A DNA stretch of 64,000 nt, from NCBI GenBank assembly GCA_025463265.1, contig JAOBWH010000171.1:114-64113 (forward strand). The letters are read 5' to 3'. Position 1 is the first letter of the stretch. Every line of letters starts with the position of its first letter. A program made the position numbers and the translations under genes. This document shows positions 44,680-53,859 of the stretch, piece after piece. A model generated the notes under the pieces. It did not search any database. It saw nothing but the letters and a program-made list of their open reading frames with translations, and was not told the DNA's origin. The DNA comes from Ilumatobacteraceae bacterium. GTDB taxonomy: Bacteria; Actinomycetota; Acidimicrobiia; Acidimicrobiales; Iamiaceae.

Positions 44680-46569
44680 TTACGGCGCGGGAGGGCGGTC
44701 TCGGGCCAAGGCGTCGGTGATGCGGTCGGCGAGGGGCGCTCGAGCGAGGTCGTCGATGGGGGCGGGGAGCGGGATGCGCCAGTTCGGGTGCTCGTCGATG
44801 GTGCCGGGGACGTTCGGGCGGCGCTCGGCCCCGAGGAGGTCGTCGAGGGCAGCGGTGACGACCATGCACGGTGATTCCGCGAGCTTCCGGTACGACTCGA
44901 CGACCACGTGGTCCACCGGCGCCGCATCGTCCACGCTCGCCGCCACGCGCAGGCGGTGGCGGAACTCCTCGTCACCGTCGGCGGGCACGGTGACGCCCGC
45001 CGCCCGCTGATCGGCGAGGTCCACGCCGCTCCACACGCCGGCGACGGTGGGCAGGTCGTGGGTGGTGATGGCGGCCATGGCCTGGCGGGGCCAGTCGTGG
45101 GGGGCGTCGTCTTCGAACCACAGCAGGCGGGTGCTCAGCAGCCCGCGCTCGCGCAGCAGGTCCTGGATCGCCGGGTCGACGGTGCCGAGGTCCTCGCCGA
45201 TGACGAACGCCCCGGCGCGGTGGCTCTCGAGGGCCACGATGTCGAGCAGCTCGCTGCCGTGCCAGCGCACGTACGCGCCGTCGGCGGGCGTCATGCCCGG
45301 CGGGATCCAGAGCAGGCGGAGCAGGCCCATCACGTGGTCGACCCGCAGGCCCTTGGAGTGACGGAGGTTGGCCCGCAGCGTCTCCGCGAAGGGCTGGTAG
45401 GCGAGGCGGCGCAGCTTCCACGGCACGAACGGCGGCAGGCCCCAGTCCTGACCATCGGGCCCCAGCAGGTCGGGCGGGGCGCCGATGCGGCAGCCCGTCG
45501 CCAGGAGGTCCTGCCACTCCCAGGCGTCGAAGCCATCGGGTGCGAAGCCCACGGCGAGGTCGGTGACCACGGCCTGAGCCGATCCGCTGGCCTCGAACTG
45601 CTGCTCCACCAGGAACTGCAGCCACGACCAGAACGCGACCCGGTCCGGGTGGGCATCGGCGAAGCGGGCCACCGCCGGCCGGGTGGGGTGGCGCACCTCC
45701 TCGGGCCAGCCGGGCCAGCTGGCACCGTGCACCTCGGCGAGGGCGCAGTAGGTGCCCCAGAGGCGGAGGGCCGCGCCCCGCTCCTGGCGGTAGTGCTCGA
45801 AGGCCGGGTCGACGGATCCGATGGCCCACATGGTCTCGAGGACCTGGCGCTTGAGCTCCCACACCGCCGAGCGGTCGATGCGGTCGCCCTCGTTCAGCGC
45901 GATCCCGGCGGCGACGGCCCGGTCGGCATCGGGCAGGCCGCTCCCGATCCGCATCACGTCGAGGTAGATCGGATCCCGCCAGCGGCGGCTGCTGGGTGAG
46001 TACGGGCTGTTGGCAGGCCTCCCGACGTTGGCCGACGCGTGCAGCGGGTTGAGGCCGATCATCCCGGCGCCCCGCTGGGTTGCCCACGCCACGAGGCGCC
46101 CGAGATCGGTGAGGTCGCCCATGCCCCAGCTCGCGTTGGATCGGGCGGCGTAGAGCTGGGCGGTGAGGCCCCAGATGCGCAGCTGGTCGTCGAGGTGGGC
46201 CCGGGGCGGGGCCACGATGACGTGCTCGACGTGCAGGCCGCTGCGGCCGTCGTCCGCCTCCAGGCGGTGGTACCCCAACGGCAGGTCGGACGGGATCCGC
46301 CCGTCGCGCACCTTGACCTGGGTGCCGTCCTCCAGGAACAGGGTCGACGGGCTGGTGGTGCCCGCCCGGGCGGTCTCGCCGGGGCGCACGATCTGGAGCG
46401 GGGTGCCGGTGGGGGCCGGCTCGTCGGGGTCGTCGGTGTGGGCGCCCATCGCCCGGCGCAGGCGGGCCGCCGCTTGAGGGGAGGGGGTGGTCCAGTCGCC
46501 CCAGACGTCGTGGTAGCCGGGGGCGATGCCCCAGCCGTGGTCCTCATCGGTGTGCGGCATCTGGTCCAT
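44680..46569 (-). CDS. malQ: 4-alpha-glucanotransferase (amylomaltase, GH77)
   Basis: NPLH, SPYSPSSR, IDHVMGL, IGEDLGTV and ITTHDLPT motifs. Start at MDQMPH (46569). The 904-aa ORF-track entry is an over-extension. Confidence 0.88.
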   Translation of the reverse strand: MDQMPHTDEDHGWGIAPGYHDVWGDWTTPSPQAAARLRRAMGAHTDDPDEPAPTGTPLQIVRPGETARAGTTSPSTLFLEDGTQVKVRDGRIPSDLPLGYHRLEADDGRSGLHVEHVIVAPPRAHLDDQLRIWGLTAQLYAARSNASWGMGDLTDLGRLVAWATQRGAGMIGLNPLHASANVGRPANSPYSPSSRRWRDPIYLDVMRIGSGLPDADRAVAAGIALNEGDRIDRSAVWELKRQVLETMWAIGSVDPAFEHYRQERGAALRLWGTYCALAEVHGASWPGWPEEVRHPTRPAVARFADAHPDRVAFWSWLQFLVEQQFEASGSAQAVVTDLAVGFAPDGFDAWEWQDLLATGCRIGAPPDLLGPDGQDWGLPPFVPWKLRRLAYQPFAETLRANLRHSKGLRVDHVMGLLRLLWIPPGMTPADGAYVRWHGSELLDIVALESHRAGAFVIGEDLGTVDPAIQDLLRERGLLSTRLLWFEDDAPHDWPRQAMAAITTHDLPTVAGVWSGVDLADQRAAGVTVPADGDEEFRHRLRVAASVDDAAPVDHVVVESYRKLAESPCMVVTAALDDLLGAERRPNVPGTIDEHPNWRIPLPAPIDDLARAPLADRITDALARDRPPAP

Positions 46570-46693
46570 TGTGGCAACCGTTCCCGGTGAGCGCGACCCG
46601 CAGCCATGCCGATGCACGGACCAGCGGCGGCGCCGAGACGCAGGTCGCGAGGGTGGGCGGGCACGAGACGGGGCCGTGCCTAGACTCCGCTCC

Positions 46694-46987
46694 GTGGGCC
46701 GGACCTTGATCGAACGGCGTCTCCGGGACGTCTCAGACCGCTTGAAGGCGGTCAGGCGCGATCTGGCCGTGGCCCAGGAGCAGTTGACCCAGCTCGCGGA
46801 GGAGGCCGACGAGGCCCGGCTGCGAGCCCTCGTCTCGGAGACCCCGGTCGCTGAGCAGGAGCACCACGAGGCGGAGCGCCACGCCGATGCGATGCGCCGC
46901 CACCACGCCGATCTCCTCGCCGAGGTCCGCCAGCTCGAACTCACCCAGGACGACCTGCTCGACCGGCTCGTCGCCACCACCACCTGA
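46694..46987 (+). CDS. Small coiled-coil hypothetical protein (97 aa)
   Basis: High GC3 and a heptad-like charged sequence. Lies 23 nt upstream of the ANTAR regulator. Confidence 0.5.
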   Translation: MGRTLIERRLRDVSDRLKAVRRDLAVAQEQLTQLAEEADEARLRALVSETPVAEQEHHEAERHADAMRRHHADLLAEVRQLELTQDDLLDRLVATTT

Positions 46988-47010
46988 CTATCCCCACCTG
47001 GAGCGCAACG

Positions 47011-47589
47011 GTGCCCACCCGTGTCGTGATCGCGGAAGACGAAGCCATCATCCGCCTCGATCTCAAGGAGACCCTCGAGGAGGAGGGCTACGAGGTCGTG
47101 GCCGAGACCGGTCGCGGCGATGAGGCGGTGGAGCTGGTGCGCGAGCACAACCCCGATGTCGCCATCCTCGACATCAAGATGCCCGGGCTCGACGGCCTGT
47201 CCGCCGCTCGCGAGATCGCCGGCGAGCGGCGCGCCGCCGTGTTGATCCTCACCGCCTTCAGCCAGCGGGACCTCATCGAGCGGGCTCGCGACGCCGGTGC
47301 GCTCGCCTACCTGGTCAAGCCCTTCCAGAAGGCCGACCTCTTCCCCGCCATCGAGGTCGCGCTCGGCCGCTTCCGGGAGCTCAAGGCCCTCCACGACCAG
47401 GCCACCTCCCTGGAGGAGCAGCTCGAGACCCGCAAGGTGGTCGACCGCGCCAAGGGCCAGCTCATGGACCAGGGCGGGCTCAGCGAGTCGGCGGCGTTCG
47501 CCTTCATCCAGAAGACCGCCATGGCCGAGCGCCAGACCATGAAGGCCGTGGCCCAGCGGGTCCTCGACGGCGAGCTCACCCCGGCCTGA
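47011..47589 (+). CDS. pdtaR: ANTAR-domain response regulator (PdtaR-like)
   Basis: Receiver (VVIAEDE, ILDIKMPGLDG, LVKP) plus an ANTAR helix region (RKVVDRAKGQLMDQGGLSESAAFAFIQKTAM). Confidence 0.85.
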   Translation: MPTRVVIAEDEAIIRLDLKETLEEEGYEVVAETGRGDEAVELVREHNPDVAILDIKMPGLDGLSAAREIAGERRAAVLILTAFSQRDLIERARDAGALAYLVKPFQKADLFPAIEVALGRFRELKALHDQATSLEEQLETRKVVDRAKGQLMDQGGLSESAAFAFIQKTAMAERQTMKAVAQRVLDGELTPA

Positions 47590-47697
47590 CCCGGTCCGCC
47601 GGTAGCCCGCGGCACCCAGGGTTCCCCCGGCCGGCTCACAGCAAGCTCCCTGGCGGCTTTACGGGCGTTTGCGGCGCGGTCGCGCACCATCGCACCC

Positions 47698-47711
47698 AGG
47701 CAACGTTGCCT
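47698..47711. promoter_or_regulatory. Perfect 14-bp palindrome AGGCAACGTTGCCT upstream of the whiB-like gene
   Basis: Read directly, 32 nt upstream of ATG 47743. The arms extend to 10 bp with one mismatch. Confidence 0.25.
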
Positions 47712-47742
47712 TGGGCGGCCCGGAGGGGCTGGAGGAGACGAG

Positions 47743-48003
47743 ATGGACGAGACCGAGGTCGCATGGATGCAGGAGGGGCACTGCCGCTTCTACCCGCCCG
47801 CCGCGTTCTTCCCGAGCGACGGCAACGGCGTGGTCACCGCCCGTGCCATCTGCGCCGAGTGCCCGGTCAAGGCCCCGTGCCTCGAGTACGCGCTCGAGCA
47901 CCGCATCGAGCACGGCGTGTGGGGCGGCTGCTCCGAGCGCGAGCGCCGACGCATCCTCAAGCGCCGCCGCCAGGAGGCCGCCGGGGACCTCGTCGCCAGC
48001 TGA
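47743..48003 (+). CDS. WhiB-family transcriptional regulator
   Basis: Four Cys in a C-x(n)-C-x2-C-x5-C pattern, a GVWGG turn and a basic C-terminal tail. Confidence 0.9.
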   Translation: MDETEVAWMQEGHCRFYPPAAFFPSDGNGVVTARAICAECPVKAPCLEYALEHRIEHGVWGGCSERERRRILKRRRQEAAGDLVAS

Positions 48004-48072
48004 CACGCCGGCCACGAGACCCGCCCACCCGCCCGTCGCGGGTGTCACACCCAGCCCGTACGATCAGCAGCC

Positions 48073-50748
48073 ATGCGGTTCATGCTCATCGACGGCAACT
48101 CCCTCACGTACCGGGCGTTCCACGCGCTCCCCACGGATCTGGTCACCGCCTCCGGGCAGGTGACCAACGCCGTCTTCGGCTTCACGTCGATGTTCATCAA
48201 CCTGGTCCGCGACCACAAGCCCGACGCCATCGCCGTGGCGTTCGACCGGCCGGAGAAGACGTTCCGCCACGACCGGGATCCGGAGTACAAGGCCAACCGG
48301 ATCGCGGCCCCGGACATCTTGCGCCAGCAGCTCCCGCTGGTGCGCCAGGTGGTCGACACGCTCGGCGTCACCGCCATCGAGCAGGTCGGCGTGGAGGCCG
48401 ATGACATCATCGCCACGTTCGCCACCCTCGCGGCCGCTCGTGGCGACGACGTCCTCATCGTCACCGGAGACCGCGACAGCTACCAGCTGGTGCAGGACCC
48501 GCACATCCGGGTCATCTACAACAAGCGCGGCGTGTCGGACTACGCGAACTACGACGAGGCCGGCATCGTGGAGCGGACCGGCGTCCACCCCACCAAGTAC
48601 GTGCAGTACGCCGCCTTGCGCGGCGACCCGTCGGACAACCTGCCCGGCATCCCCGGCGTGGGGGAGAAGACGGCCGCCAAGCTCATCAACACCTACGGCG
48701 GGCTCGACGGCATCTTCGACCACGTCGACGAGCAGACGCCCAAGCTGCGCCAGAACCTGGCCGAGCACGAGGCGCAGGCCCGCAGCAACGTCGAGATGAT
48801 GACGCTCCTGCGAGATGTGGAGCTCCCCGTCGAGCTGGATCAGCTCGGCTTCCCGCAGCCCGACACCGACGAGGTGCGGGCCCTGTTCGACTTCCTCGAG
48901 TTCCGCACCTTGTACGACCGGTTGGCCGAGGCGCTCGAGGCGGACCTCGGCAGCACCAGCTCCGCCGTGGATGTGCTCGAGGCCGAGGTCGAGGCGTTCG
49001 AGGACCCGGAGGCGGCCGTCGCCGCCCTCCGGGCCGCGTCCACGGGCGACGGTCCGCTGGCGGTGGCGGCATCGTGGACCGACGCGCTCGGCCGCTCGCC
49101 GATGGAGGGCCTGGCGTTCGTCACCGACAGCGCCGCGGGCGAGGTCGGGTGGCTGCCGGCCGACGTGTTCGGCCACCCGTCGGTGCGCGAGGCGCTGCTC
49201 GCCACGCTGGCCGCCCGGACCATCGCCGCCCACCCGGCGAAGCCGATCCTGCGGAGCCTGCTCGACGCCGACGACGCCGCGACGCTGCCCGTGATCGCCA
49301 TCGACACCACGCTCGCCGCGTACCTCCTCGACCCGGCGGAGACCCGGTACTCCATCGAAGACGTCCTCGCCCGCTACGCCCACCTCGAGCTGCCGGTCGG
49401 CACGGCGGCGCCGTCGGGCCAGCTGGACCTCGGTGGCGAGACCGTCGACGTCGGGCTCATCACGGCCCGCCAGGCGCTCGCCGTGTCCCGCCTCGTCGAG
49501 CCGATGCTCGCGTCGCTCGACGCCAACGGGCTGCGCGCCCTGCACGACGACATCGAGACGCCGCTGGTCGCCGTGCTCGCCCAGATGGAGCACGTGGGCG
49601 TGGGCGTCGACCGCGCGGAGCTGGAGCGGCTCAACGAGCAGCTCACCGCCGAGGTCACCGAGCTGGCCGCCGCCATCCAGGAGGACGCGGGGGAGTCGTT
49701 CAACGTGAACTCCACGCCGCAGCTCCGCACCATCTTGTTCGACAAGCTCGGCCTCACGCCCACCAAGAAGACCAAGACCGGCTTCTCCACCGACGCAGCG
49801 TCGCTCGAGAAGATGGAGGGCCAGCACCCGATCATCGAGCACCTCCTGCGCTACCGGGAGGTGGAGAAGCTGCGCTCCACCTACGGCACCGGGCTCCTCG
49901 CCGAGGTCGGCGCGGACGACCGCATCCACGCCACGTTCAACCAGACGGTGGCGCGCACCGGGCGGCTCTCGTCAGACGCGCCGAACCTGCACAACATCCC
50001 GGTCCGCTCGGAGCAGGGCAAGGCGTTCCGCAAGGCGTTCGTCCCGGCGGCGGGCTGCGAGCTGCTCGTCGCCGACTACAACCAGATCGAGCTGCGCTGC
50101 ATCGCCCACCTCGCCCAGGACCCCGGGTTGCTCGCTGCGTTCAACGCCGGCGACGACATCCACACCGCCACCGCGGCACGGGTCTTCCACGTGGACCCGG
50201 CCGACGTCGACGGCGGTCAGCGGGCGAAGGCGAAGATGGTGTCCTACGGCCTCGCCTACGGCATGGAGGCGTACGGTCTCGCCACCCGCCTCAACATCTC
50301 GCGGGGCGAGGCGGCCGAGATCCTCGACGCCTACTTCTTGGCGTTCCCCTCGGTGAAGGCGTACATGGAGCGCACCGTCGCGGAAGCTCGCGAGCGGGGC
50401 TACACCGAGACGCTGTTCGGCCGCCGCCGCCCCATCCCGGAGCTGGCGTCTCCCAACCGCGGCATCAAGCAGGCCGGCGAGCGCCAGGCCATGAACGCCG
50501 GCATCCAGGGGCTCGCCGCCGACATCTTCAAGGTCGCGCTGATCCGCCTCGACCACGCGCTCGTCCAGCGCCGGCTGGCCAGCCGCATCGTCCTCCAGGT
50601 GCACGATGAGGTCATCCTCGAGGTCCCGCCCTCGGAGAAGGACGAGGTGGCGGCGCTCACCCTGGAGGTCATGCACGGCGCCGCCGACCTGGCCGTGCCC
50701 CTGGAGGTCAACCTCTCCTTCGGCGCCACCTGGGCCGACGCCAAGTAG
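48073..50748 (+). CDS. polA: DNA polymerase I
   Basis: 5'-nuclease N-domain (MLIDGNSL.YRAFHAL). Polymerase motifs: A (ADYNQIELR), B (RAKAKMVSYGLAYG) and C (QVHDE). Confidence 0.95.
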   Translation: MRFMLIDGNSLTYRAFHALPTDLVTASGQVTNAVFGFTSMFINLVRDHKPDAIAVAFDRPEKTFRHDRDPEYKANRIAAPDILRQQLPLVRQVVDTLGVTAIEQVGVEADDIIATFATLAAARGDDVLIVTGDRDSYQLVQDPHIRVIYNKRGVSDYANYDEAGIVERTGVHPTKYVQYAALRGDPSDNLPGIPGVGEKTAAKLINTYGGLDGIFDHVDEQTPKLRQNLAEHEAQARSNVEMMTLLRDVELPVELDQLGFPQPDTDEVRALFDFLEFRTLYDRLAEALEADLGSTSSAVDVLEAEVEAFEDPEAAVAALRAASTGDGPLAVAASWTDALGRSPMEGLAFVTDSAAGEVGWLPADVFGHPSVREALLATLAARTIAAHPAKPILRSLLDADDAATLPVIAIDTTLAAYLLDPAETRYSIEDVLARYAHLELPVGTAAPSGQLDLGGETVDVGLITARQALAVSRLVEPMLASLDANGLRALHDDIETPLVAVLAQMEHVGVGVDRAELERLNEQLTAEVTELAAAIQEDAGESFNVNSTPQLRTILFDKLGLTPTKKTKTGFSTDAASLEKMEGQHPIIEHLLRYREVEKLRSTYGTGLLAEVGADDRIHATFNQTVARTGRLSSDAPNLHNIPVRSEQGKAFRKAFVPAAGCELLVADYNQIELRCIAHLAQDPGLLAAFNAGDDIHTATAARVFHVDPADVDGGQRAKAKMVSYGLAYGMEAYGLATRLNISRGEAAEILDAYFLAFPSVKAYMERTVAEARERGYTETLFGRRRPIPELASPNRGIKQAGERQAMNAGIQGLAADIFKVALIRLDHALVQRRLASRIVLQVHDEVILEVPPSEKDEVAALTLEVMHGAADLAVPLEVNLSFGATWADAK

Positions 50749-50785
50749 GACGCACGCACCGGCCGGCGTCGGCTAGACCGCCCGC

Positions 50786-51217
50786 ATGACCGACACGACC
50801 GCCGCCAACCTCGCCCTCGTCACCGACTTCTGGGCGGCGCTCGGCCGACGCGACTTCGCCGCCGTCGGCGCGTTCATGGCCGACGACGGCCACTACGTCG
50901 ACGTCCCGGTCATCGGCATCGACGACGGAGCCGTCGGCCCGGCCGCCACCGAGGCGCGCCTCGCGCTCGGCATCGCCCCCCTCCAGGCCTACGAGCTGCA
51001 CGACGGGCCGATCATCGCCCAAGGCGACTACGTCATCACCGAGCACGCCGAGACGTGGACCTGGGACGATGACCACAGCGTCCGGCTGCCGTTCACGTCG
51101 GTGATGGAGGTCCGCGACGGCAGGGTCGCCCGCTGGTGGGACTACCTCGACCTGGCGACGCTCATGAACGCCGCTCCCGCCTGGTGGGTCGACCACATCG
51201 CCGAGGGCTACCAGTAG
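50786..51217 (+). CDS. NTF2/SnoaL-like protein (limonene-1,2-epoxide hydrolase family-like)
   Basis: 143 aa; size and pattern are typical of LEH/SnoaL folds. Family-level call only. Confidence 0.55.
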   Translation: MTDTTAANLALVTDFWAALGRRDFAAVGAFMADDGHYVDVPVIGIDDGAVGPAATEARLALGIAPLQAYELHDGPIIAQGDYVITEHAETWTWDDDHSVRLPFTSVMEVRDGRVARWWDYLDLATLMNAAPAWWVDHIAEGYQ

Positions 51218-51244
51218 CCGCGATGCAGAGCTCGGGCCGCCTGG

Positions 51245-51862
51245 TCAGACCAGGGGAAATCCGAGGAGCTGCTCGAGCTCGGCGAGGGCCACGGCGGGGT
51301 CGACGACCTTGATCGTGGTCATGCCGAGGGCGCGGGCCGGCTTGAGGTTGATGCCGAGGTCGTCGAGGAACACGGCGTCGGACGGGTCGATGGCGAGGCG
51401 CTCGCAGGCCAGCTCGTAGAACGCCGGATCGGGCTTGCGGACGCCCACGACGCTGGACTCGATGACGACGTCGAAGTGGCGGAGCACCTCCGCGATGGCG
51501 CCGCTCGGGTCCATGCCCACGACGTTGTTGGTGAGCAGCCCCGTCTTGCACCGCTCGGCGATCCGGGCGACGGCGCGCACCACCTCGGGACGGAGGTCGC
51601 CGGAGAGCAGCCCGAGCACGTCGCGGCCGCGGACGCGGTGGCCGAGGGCGCCGGACTCCTCGGCGAACGCGGCGTCGAAGCCGTCGAGGTCGATCTCGTT
51701 GCGCTCGAGGCGCGCCCACGCGTTGGTGTCGGGGTCGGTCGCGTTGACCCGCCGGAGGAAGTCGGCGGGGAGCGCGTGGTCGGCTTCGTAGCGGGCGAAG
51801 GCTTCGAACGGACTGGTGGTGATCACCCCGCCGAAGTCGAACAGGACAGCGGTGATCGACAC
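51245..51862 (-). CDS. HAD-superfamily hydrolase
   Basis: AVLFDFGGV (DxG motif I), LLTNN (motif II), K...DP, and FLDDLGINL (motif IV). Start at GTG 51862. Confidence 0.8.
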   Translation of the reverse strand: MSITAVLFDFGGVITTSPFEAFARYEADHALPADFLRRVNATDPDTNAWARLERNEIDLDGFDAAFAEESGALGHRVRGRDVLGLLSGDLRPEVVRAVARIAERCKTGLLTNNVVGMDPSGAIAEVLRHFDVVIESSVVGVRKPDPAFYELACERLAIDPSDAVFLDDLGINLKPARALGMTTIKVVDPAVALAELEQLLGFPLV

Positions 51863-51940
51863 GCGGGTGATGGTAGAGCGACGCGCAAGTGGACACGGTC
51901 CCACGTCATGCGCGCGCAAGGTGCTTGACTTGCAGATCAC

Positions 51941-53155
51941 ATGGCCATCACCCACGTCATCGTCGACGGATCGAACATCGCTACGGAGGGTCGGACCACG
52001 CCGAGCCTGGCGCAGCTGGACGAAGCCGTCCGCGCGCTCCTCGCCGAGTTCGGCGACGTGAAGCTCACGGTCATCGTCGATGCCACCTTCGGGCACCGCA
52101 TCGACGAGAGCGAGCGCGAGGAGTTCGAGGCCGGCATCGTCAACGGCGAACTGGTGACGCCGCCTGCGGGCGCCATCGGGCGCGGCGACGCCTTCATCCT
52201 CCAGGTCGCCGACAAGGTGAACGCCACCGTCTTCTCCAACGACTCGTTCCAGGAGTTCCACGGCGGCCAGTACGACTGGCTCTTCGACGAGGGCCGCCTG
52301 CTCGGCGCCAAGCCGGTGCCGGCCATCGGTTGGGTCTTCGTGTGGCGCACGCCGGTGCGCGGGCCGACCAGCCGTCGGGCCACGCGGGAGAACCGCGGCA
52401 CCAAGCGGGGCACCTCGTCGGGCTCGGAGCTGGCCACGCTGCCCCTGCCCGTCCCCACCGGACCGCCCCCGCGCCGAGGTCGGAAGGCGGCAGCGGAGAA
52501 GGCGGACGCAGCTCCGGCGAAGAAGGCGGCGGGCACCTCGAAGAAGGCGGCAGCCAAGGCCGCCCCCAGGCAGAAGGCCGACGACGCGGGCGAGGGCTCG
52601 TCTCGGAACCGGCGCCGCCGATCCACCACCAAGGACACCACCCCGATCAACGAGGCGATGCCCTTCCTGCAGTTCGTGAGCAACCACCCGGTCGGCGCCC
52701 TCGTCGAGGCGACGGTCGACCGGTTCTCATCGCACGGTGCCTACGCCACGGTGGACGGCGCGCAGTGCTACATCCCGCTGAAGGCGATGGCGGTCCCCGC
52801 TCCCACCAAGGCACGTGAGGTGCTGACGGTGGGAGAGGCCCGGACCTTCGTCGTGACCGCGTTCGACACCCCGCGCCGGGGCATCGACCTTGCGATTCCC
52901 GGTGTGGAATCCAGCGACGCGGCCGATCCTTCTGCAACAGTTCTCCACGGGGGCGCCGCCTCCGATGGGGAAACCCAACCAGCCGAGGAGGCACCCAGCA
53001 TGGCAGTGAAGAAGGCTCCGGCAAAGAAGGCCGCTACGAAGAAGGCTCCCGCCAAGAAGGCGGCAGCGAAGAAGGCTCCGGCCAAGAAGGCCCCCGCCAA
53101 GAAGGCGCCTGCGAAGAAGGCTCCGGCCAAGAAGGCCCCCGCCAAGAAGAAGTAG
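51941..53155 (+). CDS. Multidomain nucleic-acid-binding protein: NYN/PIN-like RNase domain, basic linker, S1-like OB domain, (PAKKA)n tail
   Basis: VIVDGSNIA, IVDATFGHRID, GDAFILQVA and VFSNDSFQEF indicate a Zc3h12a-type NYN acidic-residue pattern. S1-like GALVEATVDRFSSHGAYATVDGAQCYIPL...GEARTFVVTAFD. The C-terminus is a Lys/Ala/Pro repeat. Confidence 0.7.
   Translation: MAITHVIVDGSNIATEGRTTPSLAQLDEAVRALLAEFGDVKLTVIVDATFGHRIDESEREEFEAGIVNGELVTPPAGAIGRGDAFILQVADKVNATVFSNDSFQEFHGGQYDWLFDEGRLLGAKPVPAIGWVFVWRTPVRGPTSRRATRENRGTKRGTSSGSELATLPLPVPTGPPPRRGRKAAAEKADAAPAKKAAGTSKKAAAKAAPRQKADDAGEGSSRNRRRRSTTKDTTPINEAMPFLQFVSNHPVGALVEATVDRFSSHGAYATVDGAQCYIPLKAMAVPAPTKAREVLTVGEARTFVVTAFDTPRRGIDLAIPGVESSDAADPSATVLHGGAASDGETQPAEEAPSMAVKKAPAKKAATKKAPAKKAAAKKAPAKKAPAKKAPAKKAPAKKAPAKKK
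53006..53152 (+). repeat. Coding 15-bp tandem repeat (about 10 copies) encoding (P/A)AKKA units
   Basis: aagaaggc[t/c]cc[g/c]gc[c/a] units, read directly. They translate to KKAPAKKAATKKAPAKKAAAKKAPAKKAPAKKAPAKKAPAKKAPAKKK. Confidence 0.95.
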
Positions 53156-53177
53156 TCCAAGCGGACTCCTCGTTGGT

Positions 53178-53206
53178 GGAGGGCCGGGCGCACGGCCCGG
53201 CCCTCC
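53178..53206. terminator. Strong GC hairpin between convergent genes (candidate bidirectional terminator)
   Basis: 12-bp perfect stem ggagggccgggc / gcccggccctcc with a 5-nt loop. No clear U-tract. Confidence 0.45.
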
Positions 53207-53216
53207 AGCCCGCGCT

Positions 53217-53828
53217 TCAGGCGGAGGGTGCCGACGAGGACCGGGCAACGATCTTGGTGATCCACCGAGCGAGCGTGGCCCGATCGAGGGCTCCGGGGAT
53301 GGCGAACCCGTCCTCGAGCACCCAGGTGGGGGTCGACGACACACCGGCCGAGCGAGCCTCGGCCACCGATGCGTCGACGAGTGGTCCTGCCGCGCCCGAA
53401 TCCACGGCGGCGCGGACCTCCGCCGCAGGCGCGCCGGCACCGGTGACGATCTGGTCCACCACGTCGGGATCGTCGATGGCCAACCCAACGGCGAAGTGGG
53501 CGCGGAAGAGGGCGGCGTGCACGGCGGCCGCCGCCTCCGGGTGGTGGAGCCGCACCCACTCCGCGGTCGCCAGCGCACGCCGGGTGTTCGGCATGCGGCT
53601 CGGGGCCTCGAACGGCAGCTCGATCTCTTCGCACGCCGCGGCGACGCGGGCGAAGGTGGGGGCGAGGCGGCCGTCGGCGCGGATGACCCGGCCGCGCGGC
53701 GGGATCTCCGGGTGCAGCTCGTAGGGACGGTGCACCACGGACAGGCCGAGCTCCTCCATCTGCGCGCTGCGGTCCTGCCCGACGTAGCACCAGGGGCACA
53801 GGTAGTCGCTCCAGCAGGTGGCCTCCAC
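53217..53828 (-). CDS. DsbA-family thiol:disulfide oxidoreductase (FrnE/HCCA-isomerase-like)
   Basis: SDYLCPWCY active site near the N-terminus and a C-terminal GVSSTPTWV. Start at GTG 53828. Confidence 0.8.
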   Translation of the reverse strand: MEATCWSDYLCPWCYVGQDRSAQMEELGLSVVHRPYELHPEIPPRGRVIRADGRLAPTFARVAAACEEIELPFEAPSRMPNTRRALATAEWVRLHHPEAAAAVHAALFRAHFAVGLAIDDPDVVDQIVTGAGAPAAEVRAAVDSGAAGPLVDASVAEARSAGVSSTPTWVLEDGFAIPGALDRATLARWITKIVARSSSAPSA

Positions 53829-53859
53829 GGGCCGGATGGTACGCCGACCGTCTCCCGCT

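Noticed and set aside
44558-44700. tRNA-Leu as an integration site for a mobile element
   Set aside because: No integrase, no direct repeat of the tRNA 3' end and no compositional shift nearby. The flanks are bcp and malQ.
44680-47394. 904-aa minus-strand ORF
   Set aside because: Composite. The C-terminal 629 aa are MalQ, starting at MDQMPH. The N-terminal part is antisense to the coiled-coil and pdtaR genes.
53006-53152. Regular short repeats as a possible CRISPR array (also 40781-40834 and 55431-55465)
   Set aside because: The units are 7-15 bp, directly tandem with no spacers, and in frame within coding sequence. These are not CRISPR arrays.
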